Positions 15,418-23,450 of a stretch of 52,067 bases of DNA are shown one piece after another. This stretch comes from an uncultured Candidatus Saccharimonas sp. (GTDB lineage Bacteria; Patescibacteriota; Saccharimonadia; Saccharimonadales; Saccharimonadaceae), in contig CAZHFQ010000001.1 in assembly GCA_964531915.1 (NCBI GenBank), positions 1-52,067 on the forward strand. Direction: 5' to 3'. Positions within the stretch are counted from its first letter, which is position 1; every line of letters begins with the position of its first letter. The position numbers and the translations under genes were made by a program. Under the pieces are notes generated by a model that saw only the letters and a program-made list of their open reading frames with translations, was not told the DNA's origin and searched no databases.

Positions 15418-15867
15418 CTAGGAAATGTTACTAGATTTTAGATAATCTATGAGCCGCGTTTTCATAGCCACATGCGCCCCGTCTATCCCCAGAATTTTCA
15501 AAGCCCCGATTAAAACATAAAGTTCATCGAGCGTTTCTTGATCATAAGCTTGTTCCAGAGCATTAAATTTTCTAGTAACAGCATTAACTATCCACTTTTC
15601 TTGTGCTGGTGTTGGGCCTTTACGGACAGGGGAATCGTCAAGACGCGTGGTTACAACCTCAAGAGACCTAGCGGAACGATCCCGTTTTTGCAAATAACCC
15701 TTTGCCATTAGCCCATCAATATGAACCGCAACGGTTGAGACTGACTTATAACCTAAGGCTCGCATTATTTCACGATAACTCGGTCCATAGCCATGCCCCT
15801 GTATAAAGCCATCAACAAAGTTTAAAAGTTCTCTTTGGCGTTTACTTGATCGTTCTTTATTCATCAT
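15418..15867 (-). CDS. LexA-N-terminal-type winged-helix regulator lacking the S24 peptidase domain
   Basis: SKRQRELLNFVDGFIQGHGYGPSYREIMRALGYKSVSTVAVHIDGLMAKGYLQKR matches the LexA DNA-binding domain. No Ala-Gly/Ser-Lys autocleavage module follows. The start ATGATG overlaps the stop of the upstream gene. Confidence 0.7.
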   Translation of the reverse strand: MMNKERSSKRQRELLNFVDGFIQGHGYGPSYREIMRALGYKSVSTVAVHIDGLMAKGYLQKRDRSARSLEVVTTRLDDSPVRKGPTPAQEKWIVNAVTRKFNALEQAYDQETLDELYVLIGALKILGIDGAHVAMKTRLIDYLKSSNIS

Positions 15868-17197
15868 GAGTCCTTCGCCCTGTAGGGGCACCGAGTGCAA
15901 CTGCGGCTAATCCCCACCAGATTATTGAAACCGCATCATCAGTCCAAACTGGTAATAATATACCAATTATAGCAAGCCCAATACCACCTGCAAATATACC
16001 TAATGCCAGCCAGTCACGCCTCAGACTCCACAAGCCAAGTAATATTGACACAAATATATACATAAATATTGCTAAACCTAGCCAGCCAATCTCATGGTTA
16101 ATAAATAAATATTGATTTTCGATTATCACTGCCTTATTTCCGATTATTGAAGCCGAGCCAGTACTACCAATACCACCGCCTAATGGCTGGTGAATTAAAT
16201 GATTGAAGCCATCATCAAGTGAGCTTGCATGGCCTTCGTTCGAACTTATACTGCTGCCACCAGATGGATTTTCATGCAATATAACGTTTGATATAAAAGA
16301 CGTATCACGGGCTAAAAACAGTCCACCAAACACTAAAATCATCAAAATACCGATAGTTATCCACTTTTCTGTGGATAACTTGCGCCAAGTTGTCACCGCT
16401 AACACTATAGATATTGAAATAGCGGTTCCGATCAATGCACTTCGCGAATAACTAGCCCATAATGCCACCAGCCCACCAGCTGACAAGATAGCGACAATAA
16501 TCAGTTGCCATTTATCTTCGCTGTACAGCGAATTAATTTTTTTCTTTGCGATTGCAGCAACTAATATTGTCAGCACTATCCCAGCATATGCCCCCAACGG
16601 ATTCGGCCCTCTAAAAGTACCGTTTATCCGAATAAAGGCTGGGTTTTTATCAATGGTTAAATATGGGCTAATTGTGTCTAGGTTATAACCGATACATTTC
16701 AAAACATCATTTGGTAAAATAAATACTTGCATCAAAGCGAAGATTAACGCGATCAGCGCCCCAGCAATACCTACCGTAATAAACAATTTTCTTTGGGCTG
16801 GGAAAAGTCGAAGTGCAATATAAACCAAACCAAAAAATAGTAAATAGCGTAAATCAATCGCCAGACCCGCAGCCCAAGCAGTCCATCCTTGACTCATATA
16901 AAATGACAAAACTAGATGCAGTGCAGCATAAATAACAATTGCAATGATTGTTGGACTTTGCAATATCTTGAACTTCCTATTTTTATAAATCAAAAATAAC
17001 GCCATAATCCCAGCGACTAGCATCATAATTTCTTTCCAAGATTTAATCAGCAACTCATAATTTGGCCATAAAGTACTAAACCCAACACTTAAAGGTGTAT
17101 GTAAAATAACCCCACCGAATATTACCAGCAAAATTGTTATGTAAATTTTCCCTGCCAACCCTAAAGATTCTGACTTATGTATTTTACTACCTACCAT
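15857..17197 (-). CDS. O-antigen ligase/polymerase-like (Wzy_C) polytopic membrane protein
   Basis: It has about 10-12 hydrophobic helices and the typical SYSRSALIG loop region. Confidence 0.7.
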   Translation of the reverse strand: MVGSKIHKSESLGLAGKIYITILLVIFGGVILHTPLSVGFSTLWPNYELLIKSWKEIMMLVAGIMALFLIYKNRKFKILQSPTIIAIVIYAALHLVLSFYMSQGWTAWAAGLAIDLRYLLFFGLVYIALRLFPAQRKLFITVGIAGALIALIFALMQVFILPNDVLKCIGYNLDTISPYLTIDKNPAFIRINGTFRGPNPLGAYAGIVLTILVAAIAKKKINSLYSEDKWQLIIVAILSAGGLVALWASYSRSALIGTAISISIVLAVTTWRKLSTEKWITIGILMILVFGGLFLARDTSFISNVILHENPSGGSSISSNEGHASSLDDGFNHLIHQPLGGGIGSTGSASIIGNKAVIIENQYLFINHEIGWLGLAIFMYIFVSILLGLWSLRRDWLALGIFAGGIGLAIIGILLPVWTDDAVSIIWWGLAAVALGAPTGRRTHDE

Positions 17198-17237
17198 CTA
17201 CTACCTACTATATACCATTTTTAGTACTCCAAAGATG

Positions 17238-17407
17238 TTATACTCGACATTCGTATGATATCGCCTATACCTGGTTTGCCCCCGATGCCCCTAATCAATT
17301 TTTCTGTTGTCAACATATCTATTGATATACTTCCATCAGATAAAAATGGTTAGAAGCCACCGCTAACAACCCATCTATTAGACGAATCATACGAATGTCG
17401 AGTATAA
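17238..17407. repeat. Perfect 22-bp inverted repeats flanking a 126-bp segment (inverton- or MITE-like)
   Basis: TTATACTCGACATTCGTATGAT (17238-17259) is the exact reverse complement of ATCATACGAATGTCGAGTATAA (17386-17407). The element lies between divergent glycan genes. Confidence 0.85.
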
Positions 17408-18861
17408 TTGGGTTACTTATGATAAGTAGAAACACTAAATTTTACAACTTGATTTTAATAGTATGCGACATTTTTGTAATTTTAGGTGCCTTTGTTTTGG
17501 CATATGTTGTCCGCGTAAGGCTCGACCCACGCCCCCTACTCGCCAGTGTCTATGCGATTGATTATGTGCATGCATTCTTACTCATTATCCCTTTTTGGAT
17601 TTTAATATTTGCAGCCCTCGGTCTTTACAAATCTAATACGTATAACCGACGTTTGGTTGAATGGTCAAAAATCGCAATTGGATCACTTATCGGCATTTTA
17701 CTTGTTGTTGGCTGGCAGTATGTTAGTGGAAAAATCATATTCCCCGCCAGACTGGTTGCGGTTTATGGACTATTTGCGGCATTTTTCTTAATTGTTATTG
17801 AACGCGAAATACTACGTTTAATCCGTAGCTTGATGTTCAGGTATGGAAAAGGTGTCAACCGAGTTTTATTAATCGGGACTTCTGACGCCACTAGTGATAT
17901 TGCCCGAAGTCTGGCCAACACAGTAAAAAGTGGCTATAAAATTATCGCAATCGCCGGTCCCAAAAAAATAGTTCCACCCGAATTAAAAGTAAAACATTAT
18001 TCTTTAGTTGAAACCGCCCTAAAAGACATTGAAACAAATAGAATCTCTACAATTATCCAAACGGATTTATATGATTCAGCCGAACGTAATCAAAAAATAC
18101 TCGGAGCTGCCCAGTCGCATCATATCGGTTATAACTTTATCCCTGGTGAAGCTGAATTTTATTCGGGCAAAAACACTATCGACGTATTTTTAGGATACCC
18201 TATGATATCAGTTTACCAAACGCCTCTTGTTGGCTGGGGCTCTATTGCCAAGCGTATTTTTGATTTAATCGTAAGTTCAATATTGATTGTAAGTTTATCG
18301 CCGTTCTTACTAACGATTTATATAATTATAAAACTCAGTGGGTCTGGTCCTGCTATATTTATTGGTCCCCGCCTTAGCCGTTTTTCAGAGCCAATTAGCC
18401 TAATTAAATTTCGCACAATGGAGCATATAAAAGGCTATGAGCTTAAGGATGCGGCCGAAGAATTTCGCGCAATGGGTCGTGAAGATTTAGCGCGTGAATA
18501 CGAAAAAAACCGAAAAGTTGACAATGACCCTCGGGTTACCCGTTTCGGTAACTTTTTACGAAAAACATCCTTGGATGAATTGCCCCAGATTTTCAATGTG
18601 TTCAAAGGTGATTTAAGTTTGGTTGGACCGCGTCCAATCCTTCCCCAAGAATCCAAACTTGCCAAAGGGCGAACTGCCTTACTTCACAGCGTAAAATCTG
18701 GTATGACTGGCATCTGGCAGGTCTCGGGACGCAGCCAGCTGACATTCGAAGAACGCATCGATTTAGAACTTTATTACGCCCAAAACTGGACGTTCTGGTT
18801 AGATATAAAAATCTTGTTTAAAACAATTGGAGTTGTTTTGCGCAAGAAAGGAGCAAAATAG
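17395..18861 (+). CDS. Polyprenyl-phosphate sugar phosphotransferase (WbaP/EpsL-type priming transferase)
   Basis: N-terminal TM helices are followed by a C-terminal Bac_transf domain (KRIFDLIVSSILIVSLSPFLL, LDELPQIFNVFKGDLSLVGPRP). The true start may be Met9 (17419), just outside the inverted repeat. Confidence 0.85.
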   Translation: MSSIIGLLMISRNTKFYNLILIVCDIFVILGAFVLAYVVRVRLDPRPLLASVYAIDYVHAFLLIIPFWILIFAALGLYKSNTYNRRLVEWSKIAIGSLIGILLVVGWQYVSGKIIFPARLVAVYGLFAAFFLIVIEREILRLIRSLMFRYGKGVNRVLLIGTSDATSDIARSLANTVKSGYKIIAIAGPKKIVPPELKVKHYSLVETALKDIETNRISTIIQTDLYDSAERNQKILGAAQSHHIGYNFIPGEAEFYSGKNTIDVFLGYPMISVYQTPLVGWGSIAKRIFDLIVSSILIVSLSPFLLTIYIIIKLSGSGPAIFIGPRLSRFSEPISLIKFRTMEHIKGYELKDAAEEFRAMGREDLAREYEKNRKVDNDPRVTRFGNFLRKTSLDELPQIFNVFKGDLSLVGPRPILPQESKLAKGRTALLHSVKSGMTGIWQVSGRSQLTFEERIDLELYYAQNWTFWLDIKILFKTIGVVLRKKGAK

Positions 18862-18885
18862 CTAATGGAAGATGGCTATTAGAAT

Positions 18886-19251
18886 ATGGCAAATAGTATA
18901 AATTCATTTGAAGACCTGACAGTCTGGCAAGAAAGCCAGAAGTTTGCAGTAGACGTATATAAAGTAACGAAGCTCTTCCCCAAAGAGGAAGTTTTTGCAT
19001 TAACTAGTCAGCTACAGCGCGCTGCGAGTTCAATATCGGCAAATATTGCCGAAGGTTTTGGTTGTTCATCAACAAAAGACAAACTACATTTCTACACAAT
19101 GGCATACAGTTCGCTGCTTGAAGTAAAAAACTTTCTATATCTCGCAGAAAAACTAGGATATTTGCAAAAACCTAAACTAGATTCGCTCATAACTCATAGC
19201 ATATGTTGTCAGAAACTAATTAATGCTTTCAAGTCAGGATTATCTAAATGA
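18886..19251 (+). CDS. Four-helix-bundle protein (23S rRNA intervening-sequence protein / Avd-like family)
   Basis: FEDLTVWQESQKFAVDVYKVTKLFPKEEVFALTSQLQRAASSISANIAEGFG is the family signature. Size is 121 aa. Confidence 0.85.
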   Translation: MANSINSFEDLTVWQESQKFAVDVYKVTKLFPKEEVFALTSQLQRAASSISANIAEGFGCSSTKDKLHFYTMAYSSLLEVKNFLYLAEKLGYLQKPKLDSLITHSICCQKLINAFKSGLSK

Positions 19252-20399
19252 ACACGCCAAATTCCAATAGCCAAATTCCAATAGCCAATAACAACCCAAA
19301 GGTTGTTATTGTCCACGACTGGCTTACAAACATGGGTGGTGCCGAAAACGTTGTATTGGCAATGCACGAGGCGTTTCCGGATGCTCCGATTTACACGTCC
19401 ACATACTCTCCGGAAAATATGCCGAGATTCAAAGGTTTGGATGTTCGAACGACGTACCTGCAAAACCTACCCGGACCACTGCGCAAACTTCACAAGTTCT
19501 TGCCGATGCTTCGCGTCAGCGCATTTAAAAAATTAGACTTATCCGAATTTGATATCATTCTCAGTAGTTCTAGCGCCGAGGCAAAACAAGTGCAAAAAAC
19601 CATGCCAAATCAGGTGCATATATGTTACTGCCATACACCAATCCGATATTATTGGAGCCATTACGGCGAATATAAAAAAGATCCAGGTTTTGGTAAATTA
19701 AACTGGCTGGTTCGTCTGGTAATGCCACTTATGATCCCGCGCCTCAAAAAAGCCGACTATAAAGCCGCTCAAAAAGTCGACGTTTTCATCGCTAACAGCA
19801 CCGAAGTCCAAAAACGAATCAAAAAATATTACGATAAACCCTCAACCGTCATTCACCCGCCAGTCGATGTTAATCGTTTTGAACCCGCTCGTAAAAGGGG
19901 AAATTATTATGTTGCCCTTGGTCGTCAAGTGCCTTATAAGCGAATTGACTTGGCCGTATCAGCCGCAACCAAACTATCGATTCCGCTATATGTGTATGGT
20001 AATGGCAGTCAGCACCAACAACTGGTAGAGATGGCAGGACCAACCGTCAAGTTTTATACCGATAGGCTTGGGGATGCGTCCGACAATGCCGTCACACAGG
20101 CTCTGAACAATGCCAAGGGCTATATTTTTCCAGCCGAGGAAGATTTTGGCATCGTCCAAGTCGAAGCCCTGGCTGCCGGCGCACCGGTGATTGCCTATGG
20201 CAAAGGTGGTGCACTCGACATTATCCAAGACGGTAAAAGCGGTGTATTATTTAACGAACAGTCAGTTGACTCCGTTGTTGAGGCCATAGGACACGCTGAA
20301 CAAATTGATTTTTTACCAGGCACACTCCGACGTAAAGCCAAAAGATTCGACAAAAGTCTATTCCTAACAAAAATCAAAAAAATCGTCTCTGACAACTAA
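19248..20399 (+). CDS. GT4 glycosyltransferase
   Basis: EDFGIVQVEALAAGAPVIAYGKGGALDII is the E-x7-E region of GT4 enzymes. An ATGA overlap links it to the upstream gene. The first ~13 codons are encoded by a 14-nt tandem repeat. Confidence 0.8.
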   Translation: MNTPNSNSQIPIANNNPKVVIVHDWLTNMGGAENVVLAMHEAFPDAPIYTSTYSPENMPRFKGLDVRTTYLQNLPGPLRKLHKFLPMLRVSAFKKLDLSEFDIILSSSSAEAKQVQKTMPNQVHICYCHTPIRYYWSHYGEYKKDPGFGKLNWLVRLVMPLMIPRLKKADYKAAQKVDVFIANSTEVQKRIKKYYDKPSTVIHPPVDVNRFEPARKRGNYYVALGRQVPYKRIDLAVSAATKLSIPLYVYGNGSQHQQLVEMAGPTVKFYTDRLGDASDNAVTQALNNAKGYIFPAEEDFGIVQVEALAAGAPVIAYGKGGALDIIQDGKSGVLFNEQSVDSVVEAIGHAEQIDFLPGTLRRKAKRFDKSLFLTKIKKIVSDN

Positions 20400-20408
20400 T
20401 AGTGTTGT

Positions 20409-20804
20409 TTATACGATACCCAAAAAACACGTTGGGTTAACAATAACTATTTTTTTATATTGTGACAACACTAATAAATCTTTATCGCCAGTGATGATAT
20501 GTGAAGCATCGCCAGTCAATGCAGTCTCAATCACCCTATTGTCGTCTTCGTCGCGACTTACCACAACTTTTATGTGACCAAGTCGGACTTTGTTTATATA
20601 AGGTTGTAATACAATCTGAAAACTTTCAAAATCTTCTACAAAATCGGGAAATTTAACGATTAAAATTCTTCGAACTTCAGTGAAGATTTCTTCCGAAGCA
20701 ACAATCGTCCACCCTTCTGAAACTGCTTGTTCAAAAATAAAACGGGGCTTGCCACCAAATACAAGCGCCGATATCCAAACGTTGCTGTCAATTACAACTT
20801 TCAT
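20409..20804 (-). CDS. PIN-domain toxin (VapC-like)
   Basis: MKVVIDSNVWISAL... and a C-terminal IITGDKDLL are PIN acidic motifs. The likely start is Met9 of the track ORF, 7 nt after the antitoxin stop. Confidence 0.8.
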   Translation of the reverse strand: MKVVIDSNVWISALVFGGKPRFIFEQAVSEGWTIVASEEIFTEVRRILIVKFPDFVEDFESFQIVLQPYINKVRLGHIKVVVSRDEDDNRVIETALTGDASHIITGDKDLLVLSQYKKIVIVNPTCFLGIV

Positions 20805-20811
20805 GAGTAAA

Positions 20812-21042
20812 TTATTTGTCCGCAACAATATCGTAGACTTGTTGTTCGCTTTTAATGCCTAAATTAGCACCTTTTTTATTAGTACGATCTAATAATTTCT
20901 CAAACGTTTCTTCTGTTCGCATTTGATTAACAATCGCCTTGCGAACATAATCGCTACGACTTGAATAATCTTTTTTGGCGCGTTTGTCCAAAGCTTCAAC
21001 AAGTGCCTGTGGTAATGATAAATTGAATGTTTTTGTACTCAT
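20812..21042 (-). CDS. Ribbon-helix-helix (CopG-like) antitoxin
   Basis: MSTKTFNLSLPQALVEALDKRAKKDYSSRSDYVRKAI fits the RHH pattern. It lies directly upstream of the PIN gene. The longer track ORF would overlap manC. Confidence 0.7.
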   Translation of the reverse strand: MSTKTFNLSLPQALVEALDKRAKKDYSSRSDYVRKAIVNQMRTEETFEKLLDRTNKKGANLGIKSEQQVYDIVADK

Positions 21043-21079
21043 ACAATAATTGTATAGTATTTGTATGTATTTGTCAATA

Positions 21080-22138
21080 CTACTGATGCAATTTTTTTGC
21101 AACTTCACCGGTTCTGTGGCTGACATCTTTTCTGGATATTAGTATCCCGTCAGGGGTATTGACTACTACGATATTATCCAAACCAATAACTGCGACTGGC
21201 TTGTCGTCTTCTTCATTTCTGACAAACACATTCTCGACATCAATAGCGTGTATATTATCCCCTGAAAAATAATTACCACTTTCATTTTGTGGTACTACGT
21301 CATGTAAATCTTTGAATGAACCGACATCCATCCAATCAAAACTAGCCGCAACTACAGCCAAACTCTTGGATTTTTCAATTAGGGCAATATCAATTACTTG
21401 GTTATCAAGTTCCAGATATGCATCGTTATATTTTTTACTACCAACTTTAGATATTGATGACAAGCTTTCGAAGTCCTTTTGCAAATTCGGCGCATTTAAT
21501 TTCATTTCGTCAAGAAAAGTATTGACTGACCCGACAAAATAACCACAATTCCATAAATAATTACCTGACTCCATATACTTTTTTGCGGTTTCATAATCTG
21601 GTTTTTCTTTGAATGATTCAACGTCAAATACTCCACCGCTAGCACTTATCACACCGTCGCGCTTTATATAACCAAACCCCATTGAAGGAAATGTTGGTTC
21701 AATCCCTATTAATGTAATTATGTTCTTTGACTGTGAAACTTTTGCTGCTGCAGTAAAAGATCTAGCAAAACCACCGATATCACGTATATGATGATCTGAA
21801 TGAATAAAAGCAATTGGTTCATCGTGATTGTGTTTTCTGGCAATTACATCCAGCGCAAACACGATACAATGGGCGGTACCACGACGACCTGGCTCTATCA
21901 AAAATGCCGAGGTCGACAATTCTGGCAATTGTTCCCGAACTTGATCCGAGTGACTAGCCTCGGTAACGACATAAACCGTTTCCCCGACTTTGGAAGCACG
22001 ATCATATGCTGTCTGCAGCATCGTTCGCTTGCCCGTTAATTTTAGTAAATGTTTTGGGTGTTTAGGGGTTGATAGCGGCCAAAGGCGCGTACCAGATCCA
22101 CCAGCTATTATTACTGTAATCATCAGCCTATTATACAT
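21080..22138 (-). CDS. manC: Mannose-1-phosphate guanylyltransferase (nucleotidyltransferase domain only)
   Basis: VIIAGGSGTRLWPLSTPKHPKHLLKL is the signature. At 352 aa it has no C-terminal cupin/PMI domain. The start is probably Met6 (22123). Confidence 0.8.
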   Translation of the reverse strand: MYNRLMITVIIAGGSGTRLWPLSTPKHPKHLLKLTGKRTMLQTAYDRASKVGETVYVVTEASHSDQVREQLPELSTSAFLIEPGRRGTAHCIVFALDVIARKHNHDEPIAFIHSDHHIRDIGGFARSFTAAAKVSQSKNIITLIGIEPTFPSMGFGYIKRDGVISASGGVFDVESFKEKPDYETAKKYMESGNYLWNCGYFVGSVNTFLDEMKLNAPNLQKDFESLSSISKVGSKKYNDAYLELDNQVIDIALIEKSKSLAVVAASFDWMDVGSFKDLHDVVPQNESGNYFSGDNIHAIDVENVFVRNEEDDKPVAVIGLDNIVVVNTPDGILISRKDVSHRTGEVAKKLHQ

Positions 22139-22191
22139 GATGTTTATTCCACCATTTCAACTAGATCATTCTTTGTTATAATAAATTGTGA

Positions 22192-23208
22192 ATGGAAAAA
22201 GTTTCGGAAATTACTATCCTGGGAGGTAGAAAAGCTCAGGAATTTGAAGAGCGTGTTATAGGTTATCTAAAAAATAAAAAAGGGATTGATGTTAGAAAAG
22301 TGGACTTTGACGTTTCTAACTTTCGAAACGGCGAACTGAATATCAAACTAACTGGTTCGGTTCGGGGTTATAATTCGATTATTTTCCAACAATTTACCCA
22401 ACCGGGTAGCGAAATGCATGAAGAGTTATTCGAATTGTTCCTACTAGAAGACACTATCAGCCGGTCTGCTGCCAAAAGCATTATTTTGTGTCTGCCATTC
22501 ATGCCCTATTTACGCCAGGATCGAAAAGCCGAAGGACGAGAACCAATCTCTGCTAGGACGTTATTTGATCTACTTGGGACTGCAGCATCTGGAAAACTTG
22601 TCAGAATTGTAACTTTTGATATGCATAACTCGGCCGAACAGGGCTTTGTTAATTTTCCAATTGATAACCTACCAGCCATGCCAATTTTTGCCAATTATTT
22701 CGTTAAACAAAAATGGTTTAACCACAATACCACGACAGTTTTAGCGCCTGATGTTGGTGGCGCAAAACGGGCCGAAGAATTTGCAACCAGTTTATGCCTT
22801 AATGATGGTATTTCTATCATGCATAAAAAACGCAAAAAGGGACAAATGGCCGAGGCCAAGACAATTATTGGTGATGTGAAAGGCAAAGATGTGATTATTA
22901 TTGACGACATAATTGATTCAGGCGGAACAATCCTGGCCAGCGTGGACATGTTAAAAAAACATGGTGCAAAAAGTATCAATATCGCAGCCACACATGGTAT
23001 TTTCTCGGGCGACGCAGTCAAAAATTTCTCGACTGCTGGGATTAATGTAGTTACAACTGACAGCCTTCCTAGGGACAAAAAATTTGTCAAGGATAGTGAT
23101 TGGCTAACGGTTCTTTCGATTGCCGAGTACACAGCCGAGGTACTTTACGAAAATGAAATTGGCGGCTCGGTCAGCGAAATAATCAAGAAAAAGTCAAAAA
23201 TTTCTTAA
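22192..23208 (+). CDS. prs: Ribose-phosphate pyrophosphokinase
   Basis: It has the PRPP-binding loop VIIIDDIIDSGGTI, plus DVGGAKRAEEFA and RQDRK motifs. Confidence 0.9.
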   Translation: MEKVSEITILGGRKAQEFEERVIGYLKNKKGIDVRKVDFDVSNFRNGELNIKLTGSVRGYNSIIFQQFTQPGSEMHEELFELFLLEDTISRSAAKSIILCLPFMPYLRQDRKAEGREPISARTLFDLLGTAASGKLVRIVTFDMHNSAEQGFVNFPIDNLPAMPIFANYFVKQKWFNHNTTTVLAPDVGGAKRAEEFATSLCLNDGISIMHKKRKKGQMAEAKTIIGDVKGKDVIIIDDIIDSGGTILASVDMLKKHGAKSINIAATHGIFSGDAVKNFSTAGINVVTTDSLPRDKKFVKDSDWLTVLSIAEYTAEVLYENEIGGSVSEIIKKKSKIS

Positions 23209-23283
23209 ATAACTAATGTTGTCTATTTTGTAGTTGCTATGCATTATTAGTAACTGTATACTAGTCTCAGTACATTAAATTAA

Positions 23284-23445
23284 AAGTATCCAGAGTGCAG
23301 CGAGAGATCTAGCTTTATGACCTGCCGGCAACCTAACGTTTTTTAACGCTGATGGTGCCAATTCTAGCCCAAATGGGGAAGATAGTAACAGGATAAACTC
23401 CTTTCATCTTCCCCGCTAGGGCAAGAGATACGTAAAAAGGAGTTA
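23284..23445 (+). promoter_or_regulatory. SAM-I (S-box) riboswitch with an SD-sequestering expression platform
   Basis: TATCCAGAG..GAGAGA..TTATGA..GGCAACC..GGTGCCAATTCTAGC..AGATA follows the SAM-I consensus (YUAUCaAGAG..GAGGGA..UGA..GCAACC..GGUGCnAAnnCCAGC..AGAUA). AACTCCTTT (23393-23401) is perfectly complementary to the SD region AAAGGAGTT (23434-23442). It lies directly upstream of metK. Confidence 0.8.
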
Positions 23446-23450
23446 TTTTT

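Noticed and set aside
18886-19251. Avd-like four-helix-bundle gene considered as part of a diversity-generating retroelement
   Set aside because: No reverse transcriptase and no template/variable repeat pair is visible anywhere in the window.
19257-19284. Tandem 14-nt repeats (and the TATATTC x3 at 49932-49952) considered as a CRISPR array
   Set aside because: There are only 2-3 contiguous copies and no spacers. The units are far shorter than CRISPR repeats, and no cas genes are present in the window.
22506-23132. Minus-strand ORFs (62 and 145 aa) inside prs
   Set aside because: They are fully antisense to a well-supported housekeeping gene, and no motifs are present.
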